The notes under the pieces: generated by a model | Database searches by the model: none | The model's input: the letters and a program-made list of their open reading frames with translations, nothing else | Told to the model about the DNA's origin: nothing | Assembly: GCA_949288625.1 (NCBI GenBank) | Contig: CASEKZ010000033.1 | Location: 1-41,426 of the forward strand | Source: an uncultured bacterium | Lineage (GTDB): Bacteria > Bacillota_I > Bacilli_A > RF39 > UBA660 | Reading direction: 5' to 3' | Length of the DNA: 41,426 nucleotides | In this document: piece by piece, positions 8,162-17,150 of the stretch | How positions within the stretch are numbered: position 1 is the first letter of the stretch | Layout: the number at the start of each line of letters is the position of its first letter | Translations under genes and position numbers: made by a program

Positions 8162-10450
8162 CTATTTTTTTATTTTTTTTCTTAATATAATTACCACAAT
8201 AAGTAAAGCCGCAAGAGAAGAAATAATAACAACATAATTAGGAACTTTTCTTCCAGTAGTAATGGTAACCACTAACTCAGCTGATGCCCTACTTCCGTTT
8301 TGTAATACTTTTTGATCAATCATTTCTACTATATAATAATCATCCACTCCAGTATCTTTAATCGTAATAGTAGCATTTGAATCTTTATCCTCGATAAGTT
8401 CATATCCTTCAGGTGCTTCTTTTTCTACAACTCTATACTCTCCTGGTGGCAGTTTAGAAATACGAGCAATTCCCTTTTCTTCGCCTTCTTCAGAGCCATC
8501 TTTTGTAGTAATTATATATGTTGCTCCTTCATCCTCCTCAGTTAGGTTGGCATCGTAAGTATAATTACCTTCGCTAAGTTCTTTAAGCAAAACGTCTTTA
8601 TATACATTATTTACCCTCATCTGAAGAGAAAACTTACCACCTGCTAAAAATACACCATTCTCATTTTTCTTTTGAAATTCTAAACCTGTATATCCATTAG
8701 TAAGCGATATTGTTTTGTCAGAACCACAAACATTAATATTTCTATTTGGCTCCGATGGCAGCGTAAGTCCCTCAGGCGGCTTTGTTTCGGATATTGTATA
8801 ATTACAACTAGTTAATGCGTATACCTTAAGTCTTCCATTACAAGTTTTTAACTCTGTTGTTGCTCCTTCGGTATCATTATCTGCAAGTTCATAACGCCCT
8901 TGCGAAATTTCTTTAAAATATAAACTATTATCACCTTGTCTTATTTCAAACGTAGGACCAGTATAAGTATCAGTTCCACAACCATCATTTAAAACAGCAG
9001 AATTACCATTTTCATCAACAGTCATTTTTGTTAAATCAAAAACTTTTTTATCATTTGTAATCGTTATACTACCATAACTTGTAGATCCAGCAACATTTGA
9101 TGTAGAAACAGTTATAGCTCGTGGTGTTGTATCAAGTTCATAGCCTGCTGGTGCAACTGTCTCTTTAACATAATACGTTCCAGGTGCAGGAATTTCGTCA
9201 AAAGTTGCAACTCCGCTTGAATTAGTCGTTATAGTTCCAAGTACGTTAGTACATGAGCTGTTTGAACATATGTTAAACTTAGCTCCCGCTAGGTTTTCAC
9301 CCGTAGATACACCATCTATAGAAGCCTTTTTATTTATTTTTATTTGATAATAAGGTGTATATACTTTTATATATAAATCTCTTGTTGCTCCTCCAATAGA
9401 TAATACATCTTGAAGTTCGTTATCAATATAAACTTTAGTTCCATCTTCACCAACATCATTTTTATTATATACCATGATTCCAACTTTTTTTGCAGAATCT
9501 TCACTAATTGGTTTATCACTTGAAATAGTAATATAATTTGAACCAATAGTTACATCTAAATCAGATGTTAGTTTAACTCTCCAATACTGAAACTTAGTAT
9601 CATAAATTGTAAGTGTGTATTTTCCGGTTGCCGCATTCCATGATAAAGGAACAACGTTTTCAGAACCTCCTACTTTAAAGATTTTACCTCCGCTCGATTC
9701 TCCTGGGGATTTATAAAACGCGTTTTGTACCGCTGATACAATTCGATCATACTCGTTTTTCATAGCCGTTGTATCAACTGATGTACAATTATTCTTACCA
9801 TGAATAACATTATAAAAACTACAAGTAGGACCATATTCTGGCCATGTGTTATTAAAGCTTGCTCTTTCTCCGGTTACAACTTCCCAGATCATTCCTTGAG
9901 CCGCAAATATTTTATACGTACTTGATAATAAGCTAGTTTCATATTTTTTAGCAAGACCTTTTGCAATATTAGTCCAATTAGAATTATTATAATTGCCTTC
10001 TGCTATACCTCCTTGGCTTTCAGCAAACGTCATAATGTATGATATCAATATTCTTCTGTCATTATTTGTTCCCTGATCATTAGCAACAAATTGTTTACTG
10101 CTTCCATTTGTAGTAAAATAACCACCAGTATAATCAAGAAGCGAACTACCATTTGTTGCTACATATCCCCCAGTACTATTAATTGGAACTCCAGGTTCAA
10201 TACAGTAAGCATGCTTTCCATTAATCATATAAATTCCCGTATTTAAAGAATGAGTTCCTGTACTACCATTAATATTACCATTACTATCTTTTCCAATTTT
10301 CTTCATATTAAACGTAACGCCATCTGCATACGGGTGTGGATAAATTGCTCTTGTCTGAATTTTTTCAGCTTTTATATTACCACAAAACCCAAAGAAGGCT
10401 ACTAGTATTAAAGTAAATAAACTTACTTTTTTTATTATTTTATTACTCAT
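8162..10450 (-). CDS. Surface adhesin: signal peptide, putative Cys-Gln thioester domain, three Cna-B/SpaA-type (prealbumin-like) repeats, C-terminal TM anchor with basic tail
   Basis: Signal peptide KKVSLFTLILVAFFGFCGNIKA. AYCIEPG (Cys86 in track numbering, nt 10202-10204) and FAAQGMIWEV (Gln188, nt 9896-9898) fit the thioester-domain motifs [Y]C[IV][ED] and Q-x-x-[IV]-W. Repeats carry GAKFNI..GTYYVKETVAPAGYEL, YTISETKPPEGLTL and GGKFSLQ..GEYRVVEKEAPEGYEL. The tail is VTITTGRKVPNYVVIISSLAALLIVVIILRKKIKK. The start is probably ATG 10450, which overlaps the upstream stop as ATGAGTAA. Confidence 0.8.
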   Translation of the reverse strand: MSNKIIKKVSLFTLILVAFFGFCGNIKAEKIQTRAIYPHPYADGVTFNMKKIGKDSNGNINGSTGTHSLNTGIYMINGKHAYCIEPGVPINSTGGYVATNGSSLLDYTGGYFTTNGSSKQFVANDQGTNNDRRILISYIMTFAESQGGIAEGNYNNSNWTNIAKGLAKKYETSLLSSTYKIFAAQGMIWEVVTGERASFNNTWPEYGPTCSFYNVIHGKNNCTSVDTTAMKNEYDRIVSAVQNAFYKSPGESSGGKIFKVGGSENVVPLSWNAATGKYTLTIYDTKFQYWRVKLTSDLDVTIGSNYITISSDKPISEDSAKKVGIMVYNKNDVGEDGTKVYIDNELQDVLSIGGATRDLYIKVYTPYYQIKINKKASIDGVSTGENLAGAKFNICSNSSCTNVLGTITTNSSGVATFDEIPAPGTYYVKETVAPAGYELDTTPRAITVSTSNVAGSTSYGSITITNDKKVFDLTKMTVDENGNSAVLNDGCGTDTYTGPTFEIRQGDNSLYFKEISQGRYELADNDTEGATTELKTCNGRLKVYALTSCNYTISETKPPEGLTLPSEPNRNINVCGSDKTISLTNGYTGLEFQKKNENGVFLAGGKFSLQMRVNNVYKDVLLKELSEGNYTYDANLTEEDEGATYIITTKDGSEEGEEKGIARISKLPPGEYRVVEKEAPEGYELIEDKDSNATITIKDTGVDDYYIVEMIDQKVLQNGSRASAELVVTITTGRKVPNYVVIISSLAALLIVVIILRKKIKK

Positions 10451-13400
10451 TACCATCACCTTCTTCTAGTTTACTTCCACCTACAACCAGGATTTGCAAA
10501 TCTTCGTCTTCTACTTCAGCATAATTAACGAAAGACCCGGCCTCTTTTCTTATGATATCAAACGCAATCGTAAGGTACTTCTTTTCACCTGATGCAACAA
10601 GTTCGTCAAACAAAGTATCGTTTTCTAAATAACCATAATCAGTCATTACCCATCCTGCGTTTTCTTCATAATCAGGATTAAATTGCATGCCGTCTGGAAC
10701 ATAATCTTTTACTGCATAAATATATCCTGGATAATATCCTGTGTTTTCTAATTCAATTGTATAAACAACTTTTATACTTAAATTACTAATATCTTTTACA
10801 TCGAGCTTTGCTAATGTAGCGTTACCATATTCCTTTATTGTTGAAACACCTAAGTTATTAGTTGTTATAGCTCTCGTAACGTATTTTCTAACTTTTACAG
10901 AGTATTCTTTTCTTAATGCTAAACCAAGATTAATATCTCTAATAGCCCTAGTGTTTTCGGTAATTACTATGTCATCAGTTCTAACTACAGAACTTGGTGT
11001 AGCAGGTTCTTTAGGAACATCTTCGGTATCATCACAATCATCACCCTCACATGGCTTTTGTTCATCGTTTTGCAAAGTATCATCTTTATTATTATTTTCA
11101 TTTTCTTCGGTTTGGCTAGAATTGCCTTCTTCTGATGAATTTTCATCAGAAGAACCATCATCATCCAACACCTCATCTCCTGTTGATCTAAACGATGAAG
11201 TATTCGACCTGTCAGCGCTTACTTGATATGGTGATACGCCGTATTTAGCAGTATTATATTCTGCTACTACATAATAAGTACCTGGTTCTAAATCGGTTAA
11301 ACGATACTCTCCTTTTTCATCTGATGTGGTTGTTTTTATAAGTTCATCACTTTCGGAATCATATAGTTTTAACGTTACACCAGAAACCTTCTTTTCGGTT
11401 GAATCCATAATACCATTTGCATCAAAGTCTTCCCAAACCGTACCGGTTATTTGCTTACTTATTACTTCAACCCTTAATCTCTTTGAATTAGCAACTCTTC
11501 TTGTTGCTTGATTCTGCTCAGTAGGCGTACTATCCATAATTAAGTATGAATTAATAAAATATGTATCTCCAGTTTTATTAGCTATTGGAGTTATAGTCAT
11601 ACTTTGATTATAAACTTGTGCTTTTTCTAAACTTATTCCATTTACTCTAATAGCAGTTACTCCTAAATAATCACTATCTGCATAATTGCTACAATCTTCC
11701 CACGTGATTTCTTGACCAGAAATTAATCTGTCATTATCTGCTATTAACGTTGGCAAACTAGTAGTACATAACGCACCTTGAGGTAAATTAGAGATTGTAT
11801 AAGTTCCAGTGTAAGAAGTTTTATTACTTACATCATTATAAGGAAGTAACGTTACAATATCTAGGTTTGATCTTGTTATGTTACTATTGTTATATAGTGC
11901 CGTATTAACATCAAAACTTGTTTCCTTGGCAATTGCCGTATTTGGTGTATATAGTGCATGTGCTACTATCTCGTTATTTTGATACGTTATTGTTCTTGTT
12001 GTTGTTCTTGCAGCAACTGAAGAAGCATCTGAAATTTCAGAAGTTGATTCAGCTTGAATTAAAACGCTTACGGTTTTCTTTGCACCTGACTGAATGTTTA
12101 TATCATAACTTACATTAAAGTAAATTGGATCAATCCACTCATTAACACTTTTATCCTTTAATACGTAAGTTAACTTTTTACCTCCAGCACTTACCGTTGG
12201 AATATCATAGTTCTCATTATAAACATAATTTAAACCATCAGGTAAAGTAACTTCTATCGTAATGTTTTTTAACTTATTAATACTAGCAACATTGGTATTT
12301 ACGCTTTGAGCAGGCAAACTAACAGTTGGATATATTGCCCATGTAGAACTACTAGTGTTTGCCCCATTTATTATTATATCTTGTTCACTTCCATCAACAA
12401 ATACGCTTGTCCTTGCTTTAAAAGCTGTTATACCAACGGAAGATGAACCAGAAACATCTTTTGTTGTTAAAGAATCATTTTCTTTTTCATCATACGTAGA
12501 CGTAGAAGTCATAGTAACGATTCCAGCATGATTTCCAACATTCGTTATTAATCTTAATCTAAAATCCACTTCTGTTCCTGGTGCAACATCCGTAATTGTA
12601 TATGTCACGTATGCTAATTTTAAATCAGAATTTTCAGCTAACGCTTCATTTAATTCATTAAAGCTATTATATGAAGTAGTATCACCCTCACATGCATCAC
12701 CTTTAGAATTAATTTTACAAGCATAATATTTAACTGTAATTTCTTTATCCTTTAATTTGTCATTATTACTATTTATATAATATGGCTCAGTATCTTCAAG
12801 CTCACTACTATATTCTGTCATTGTAAATGGTGAGGCCGGATTATTGGTTGATGTTCCTAATCCAACAGGTATGGTTGTAGTTAACGTTCCTATGTTATCA
12901 TCACCATCAGCAGAATAATAAAATACTGATCTTAATATAACTTCTTCACCATATGCCAGCATATCATTATTGGATAAAGGTGTTAAAGCACCAGAAGAAT
13001 CAAGTGTGTTGAAAGTTAACGTATTAGTTTTAGTACCAACAGAATGATTTGGATTTGTAACTGGATCTGATGAAACAGGTGCTGAATCTGTACCTTTAAT
13101 GCTAGCTTTTAAAGTTACTAAGATATCTTGTGTAATTTCTTTAGGTCTTTCTGATTTTGCTGTTACAAAATAAGAACCTAACGCAGCAAAATTATTATCA
13201 TAAAAGTTTATTGTGCCATCTGATTTAATTCCAGTAATTTTAACTAAATATTTTGTTTGAATATTAACCATATTACTAGTTTGAATTACATAACCATCAG
13301 CAGTTACGGTATATACTGCTTTATACGTACCAGCTTTATTTTTATTAACGCTAGTTTCTTTATTAGTAATAGGATTATAATATGTTACTTTACAACTAGA

Positions 13401-15152
13401 ATTTTCGTTACATTCCTTATCTTCACCATTAATATTAACTATTGGATTACCAAAAGTTCCATCAGAAACAGCAGAAATTGTTCTTGCGATTAACGTTCCT
13501 GCCTTAGTGTAAGAATAATTATCAACCACCATAACAACTCTTGTGAAAGTAATTACTTGTGGCTCAGGTTCGTTTTCTTCTGAAGTTTCTTCTTCCGTAT
13601 TTGAACCATCTGCTTTTGAATCCGGATTTTCTTCATCAACATCAGGTTCTTGCGAAGTTTGCGTATCCACAACCGTATACGTTACTTTATATGTGCCAGG
13701 TTCTTTCGTATTAATTTCCGGTATTTCTTCATCATCTTTAGTAATAACTATGTCATAATTATAAAAGTTTTCTCCATCCTTTAATAGTCCTTGTTCATTA
13801 TATTTAGAATTCGTTTTTAAAATAATATTTTTATTACCTTTTAAAGAATATGAAGAGTCATTTAAAGTTTGTGTTTCTTTATCGGTAACATTAACGTTTC
13901 TTATTAAAGTTGTTTTGCTATCGTTTTCACCCGCATACTCATATGTTATCGTGTATTTACCAACGCTTTTTGTAATATCATTTTGTGCAACCGAAACACC
14001 ATTTTCGTTAGTAATTATCCTTGTGCATCCATTTCTAGTAGAATTTGTAGTACAAATCACATCACCATTTTCGGTTAGTGATACACCATACTCATAATAA
14101 GTATCTCCAACCTGTAACTGTATTTCTTTTTCACCAATTAAGTATAAATCAGGATTGTTAGTTTCTACGTTAGAGCCGCTAACTCCTTCTGCCGACTTTT
14201 CTAGCGAATTAAAAGTACCAGAGTTATATACCGAATATTGCATATAATCCTTAATGTAATGTGGCATAGAAGGAAGTAAATTAGAACTTTTATTATATAA
14301 ACCAAAATATTTTTTGTTTTCCGCTCCAGACATTAACTCTATCTGAACGTCGTTACCATTTATCTCTTGTGTTGCTTCTAAAACTAAGTCTACGTTAGGA
14401 TCAAAATATAAACCTTCTAAACTATTTCCACTAGTTAAGTTGGATTTATCAATTCCAATCAAAATACCAAAAGGTGCTAACCTACCATCAACATAATCTT
14501 GTGATTTATACGCGGTACCAGAAACAAGCTTTGCCTTTAAATCAACTTTTTTACTTTCAACCGTGATACTTTTTGTGCCTATACCAGTGAACTCAGATGC
14601 AGTTGATTCTTTTATTTCTATTTTCGTTTCAATATTAGTACCATTAGGCACGTTATTTACCTTTAAATATAACTGCTTATTATTAGGCTCACCAACTTGT
14701 GTTTGATAAATCGTTGCGTATAACGTTCTGTTATCATCATCTAACGTATACGTTGCTTCCGTATCTTGTATTACCCATTCGGCATCAATTCCCTCATTAA
14801 AAGTGGCCTTAATAATAACTTGATCACGGGTAACAATTTGATCAGATGGCAAATCCGCTACCGCCAACTTGTAAGATATATCATATACTATCGTACTAAA
14901 ACTTTTAATGGTAGTAACTTCTTCACTACTAGAAACGCTTTTTTGCTGCACTGATGCTGTAACAGAAACCCTTCCCGCATACTCATCAGAATTGGTAGCA
15001 AAAACTATAAGGGCAACTATACTAGACATTAAAAAAATACCAATAAACGCTGATATATACTTATGTTCTTTAGCAAAGTTAGTTAATCTTATTCTTTGTA
15101 TAATAAACCAATCTTTTATTTTGCTTTTAAAATTAGATTTTGTCATATTCAT
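10443..15152 (-). CDS. Giant (about 1570 aa) N-terminally membrane-anchored surface protein with bacterial Ig-like repeats, an SdrD-B-like domain, acidic linkers and a C-terminal DUF11-like domain
   Basis: Start ATG 15152 (MNMTKSNF..) with a GGGAGG SD. Signal-anchor YISAFIGIFLMSSIVALIVFA. Ig-like repeats ending ..GKYTITYEYAG, ..PGTYKVTYTVVD and ..AGTYKAVYTVTADG. SdrD-B-like ITGTVWEDFDANGIMDSTEKKVSGVTLKLYD..DEKGEYRLTDLEPGTYYV (about 11225-11470). Asp/Glu/Ser/Asn-rich linkers at about 13540-13660 and 10985-11180. DUF11-like KVVYTIELENTGYYPGYIYAVKDYVPDGMQF. No C-terminal anchor or LPXTG. Confidence 0.8.
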   Translation of the reverse strand: MNMTKSNFKSKIKDWFIIQRIRLTNFAKEHKYISAFIGIFLMSSIVALIVFATNSDEYAGRVSVTASVQQKSVSSSEEVTTIKSFSTIVYDISYKLAVADLPSDQIVTRDQVIIKATFNEGIDAEWVIQDTEATYTLDDDNRTLYATIYQTQVGEPNNKQLYLKVNNVPNGTNIETKIEIKESTASEFTGIGTKSITVESKKVDLKAKLVSGTAYKSQDYVDGRLAPFGILIGIDKSNLTSGNSLEGLYFDPNVDLVLEATQEINGNDVQIELMSGAENKKYFGLYNKSSNLLPSMPHYIKDYMQYSVYNSGTFNSLEKSAEGVSGSNVETNNPDLYLIGEKEIQLQVGDTYYEYGVSLTENGDVICTTNSTRNGCTRIITNENGVSVAQNDITKSVGKYTITYEYAGENDSKTTLIRNVNVTDKETQTLNDSSYSLKGNKNIILKTNSKYNEQGLLKDGENFYNYDIVITKDDEEIPEINTKEPGTYKVTYTVVDTQTSQEPDVDEENPDSKADGSNTEEETSEENEPEPQVITFTRVVMVVDNYSYTKAGTLIARTISAVSDGTFGNPIVNINGEDKECNENSSCKVTYYNPITNKETSVNKNKAGTYKAVYTVTADGYVIQTSNMVNIQTKYLVKITGIKSDGTINFYDNNFAALGSYFVTAKSERPKEITQDILVTLKASIKGTDSAPVSSDPVTNPNHSVGTKTNTLTFNTLDSSGALTPLSNNDMLAYGEEVILRSVFYYSADGDDNIGTLTTTIPVGLGTSTNNPASPFTMTEYSSELEDTEPYYINSNNDKLKDKEITVKYYACKINSKGDACEGDTTSYNSFNELNEALAENSDLKLAYVTYTITDVAPGTEVDFRLRLITNVGNHAGIVTMTSTSTYDEKENDSLTTKDVSGSSSVGITAFKARTSVFVDGSEQDIIINGANTSSSTWAIYPTVSLPAQSVNTNVASINKLKNITIEVTLPDGLNYVYNENYDIPTVSAGGKKLTYVLKDKSVNEWIDPIYFNVSYDINIQSGAKKTVSVLIQAESTSEISDASSVAARTTTRTITYQNNEIVAHALYTPNTAIAKETSFDVNTALYNNSNITRSNLDIVTLLPYNDVSNKTSYTGTYTISNLPQGALCTTSLPTLIADNDRLISGQEITWEDCSNYADSDYLGVTAIRVNGISLEKAQVYNQSMTITPIANKTGDTYFINSYLIMDSTPTEQNQATRRVANSKRLRVEVISKQITGTVWEDFDANGIMDSTEKKVSGVTLKLYDSESDELIKTTTSDEKGEYRLTDLEPGTYYVVAEYNTAKYGVSPYQVSADRSNTSSFRSTGDEVLDDDGSSDENSSEEGNSSQTEENENNNKDDTLQNDEQKPCEGDDCDDTEDVPKEPATPSSVVRTDDIVITENTRAIRDINLGLALRKEYSVKVRKYVTRAITTNNLGVSTIKEYGNATLAKLDVKDISNLSIKVVYTIELENTGYYPGYIYAVKDYVPDGMQFNPDYEENAGWVMTDYGYLENDTLFDELVASGEKKYLTIAFDIIRKEAGSFVNYAEVEDEDLQILVVGGSKLEEGDGNE

Positions 15153-15241
15153 AGTATAGACCTCCCATTCTAGCTTATACATTATAATTTAACCATAAAT
15201 AAGAAGAAAAATCAACAATCACAACAAAAAAAGTCCATGCA

Positions 15242-15448
15242 TCATGAACTTATAACAACAGCGTTTATTAAAACATCAGAATAACCAAAACTTTTTATAT
15301 CCGTACTGGTTTTAAGCGTCCAGACGTTTTTGTAAGTATTTAAGATTATTCCTTCATATACCTCGCTTTTATTTCTTCCAACATCAACGTATATTTTTAC
15401 CTTTTTCCCTTTAAAACCTGCCACTTTATTTCTTATTTCATTTATCAA
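15242..15448 (-). CDS. veg: Veg protein (biofilm/sporulation-associated small DNA-binding protein family)
   Basis: 68 aa. I..I...V....GKKVKIYVDVGRNKSEVYEGIILNTYKNVW... fits the Veg family. Follows yabG as in B. subtilis. TTG start with a GGGAGTG SD. Confidence 0.8.
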   Translation of the reverse strand: MINEIRNKVAGFKGKKVKIYVDVGRNKSEVYEGIILNTYKNVWTLKTSTDIKSFGYSDVLINAVVISS

Positions 15449-15463
15449 ATAATCACTCCCATC

Positions 15464-16216
15464 TTACCTAGGATACCCAATTGTCATAACTCCTCTTGTA
15501 TTAACTCCGCCAATTCCATCTTTTCCGTTACTTGTTTTTTCTAAAAGATTAAGTAAATCAACGTTTTTATTCTTATCAAACAAACTAAGCGATAAAGCTA
15601 TAATTGCCGGATCTAGTGCATGAATGTTCATCTTTTTAGGACTTGATGCAAAATTAGCGCCAGCTTTTATAAGACTCTCATAATCCGACTGACAAGCACC
15701 AGCTATTATAATTAATTTATCATAATCCCTTTGGTACTTACGACATACTTTAACAGCATCCACAAAATATTTAGAATTCTTTTTCACTTGAGAATCATGT
15801 CCGGTTATAACCACGATGTCTGGATTAATATCTTCCATGTATTTTTCAATGTTTTCTGCCATCTTATCTTCTGGTGAGAAAACACCATAGGCAAGTACGT
15901 TGCCTTTTTTATAAAAATCTAAACACCTACTCAAATACTCTCTATCACCATCTACATGAAGTATTTTTCCAGGAATATAAAAATAATCACTTCTTTCAAA
16001 GTCTCTTATGGTATCTAATTTTTCATAAAACACACGATCATCTTCACTATCTTTAGTTTCTATTAAAACCAAATCATCAATACTACTATCCGCGCATAGC
16101 CTTACGTTTACTCCTTTTAAATAAACAGTGTTATCTACTATTTTTTCTATTTTAAAAATAACATCATTATTATGTGATATTCTTGTAACTAAATCTCCAA
16201 CTTTTAACAATATCAT
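15464..16216 (-). CDS. yabG: Sporulation-specific protease YabG
   Basis: Strong similarity to B. subtilis YabG: GKILHVDGDREYLSRCLDFYKK, PDIVVITGHD, IIAGACQSDYESLIKAGANFASSPKKMNIHALDP, GGVNTRGVMTIGYP. The exact start is uncertain (ATG 16216, or TTG 16210, which has better SD spacing). Confidence 0.9.
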   Translation of the reverse strand: MILLKVGDLVTRISHNNDVIFKIEKIVDNTVYLKGVNVRLCADSSIDDLVLIETKDSEDDRVFYEKLDTIRDFERSDYFYIPGKILHVDGDREYLSRCLDFYKKGNVLAYGVFSPEDKMAENIEKYMEDINPDIVVITGHDSQVKKNSKYFVDAVKVCRKYQRDYDKLIIIAGACQSDYESLIKAGANFASSPKKMNIHALDPAIIALSLSLFDKNKNVDLLNLLEKTSNGKDGIGGVNTRGVMTIGYPR

Positions 16217-16259
16217 CACCCAATAAAATATATGCATTAAAAAAACTAAACATGATTGT

Positions 16260-17075
16260 TTAGCTTAAATTATTCGCAACATCTATAAACTCATCAATAC
16301 TTATGTTTTCTGCTCTAGAATTTATAGTCTTATTATATTTTGCTAAAATTTCATTTATTTTAACCAAATCATAATTTCTTAAATTATTTTTTAAGGTTTT
16401 CCTTTTTTGGGAAAAAGAATCTTTAACTAACTTAAAAAATACGTTTTCATTCTTTAAAAAAGCTTTTTTATTTTTTTTCGTGAAAACAACAACCGCTGAA
16501 TCTACGTTAGGTTTTGGATAAAAAACGTTCTTTGATACGGTAAAAGCTTTTTTGATATCAAAATAATAATTCAAAAATATTGTTAATGAATTATACGACT
16601 TAGAGTTTGGTCTAGCAGAAAACCTATCGGCAACCTCGTTTTGAACCATAACTATTATTTTTTCCACATCAACTTTTTCTTCTATAAACTTTGTTATTAT
16701 AGGCGTTGTTATGTAATAAGGAAGATTTGCAACAACGTATAATTTATCATAATTATATTTTTTTATATCTTGATTTATATCACGTTTTAAAAAATCATCA
16801 TAAATAATTTCGACGTTATCATTGTCTTTTAAAATTTTTTCTAATGGCTTTTCTAAGGTTTTGTCTATCTCATAACCTAATACATTTTGTGCTTTAATCG
16901 CAAGCTTTTTTGTTAAAGCCCCGGCTCCTACACCAATTTCAATAACCAATGTGTTTTTTGTTATATAAGATGTATTTATTATGTTATTAAGAACGTTTTG
17001 ATCCAATAAAAAATTTTGACCAAACCTTTTTTTAAAAATAAAATTATTATCATTTAGTATTTGTTTTGCATTCAT
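16260..17075 (-). CDS. rsmA: 16S rRNA (adenine1518/1519-N6)-dimethyltransferase
   Basis: RFGQNFLLDQNV, EIGVGAGALT and ANLPYYITTPII motifs. Synteny with tatD and yabG. Confidence 0.95.
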   Translation of the reverse strand: MNAKQILNDNNFIFKKRFGQNFLLDQNVLNNIINTSYITKNTLVIEIGVGAGALTKKLAIKAQNVLGYEIDKTLEKPLEKILKDNDNVEIIYDDFLKRDINQDIKKYNYDKLYVVANLPYYITTPIITKFIEEKVDVEKIIVMVQNEVADRFSARPNSKSYNSLTIFLNYYFDIKKAFTVSKNVFYPKPNVDSAVVVFTKKNKKAFLKNENVFFKLVKDSFSQKRKTLKNNLRNYDLVKINEILAKYNKTINSRAENISIDEFIDVANNLS

Positions 17076-17092
17076 TTTTAACCTCTTACACT

Positions 17093-17127
17093 AAAAAACA
17101 AATAAAGCATAAGTTTATTTGTTTTTT
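17093..17127 (-). terminator. Intrinsic terminator between the 3D-domain gene and rsmA
   Basis: AAAAAACAAAUAAA-gcauaag-UUUAUUUGUUUUUU: an AT-rich stem of about 10 bp with U-runs on both strands (potentially bidirectional). Confidence 0.6.
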
Positions 17128-17150
17128 ATTTTATCATAATATGCAACATA

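Noticed and set aside
10951-14954. Numerous 60-90-aa ORFs on both strands inside the giant surface-protein gene (for example 10985-11176, 11326-11511, 13257-13493)
   Set aside because: All are embedded in or antisense to one continuous 4.7-kb reading frame with coherent domain structure. Their Ser/Leu/Phe-rich composition is typical of off-frame translation.
8090-15241. The adhesin cassette as a mobile element or genomic island with defined ends
   Set aside because: I could not find direct or inverted repeats at the flanks, an integrase/transposase/recombinase, or a tRNA target. Base composition looks like the rest of the window. I therefore report it as an accessory insertion only, not as a mobile element.
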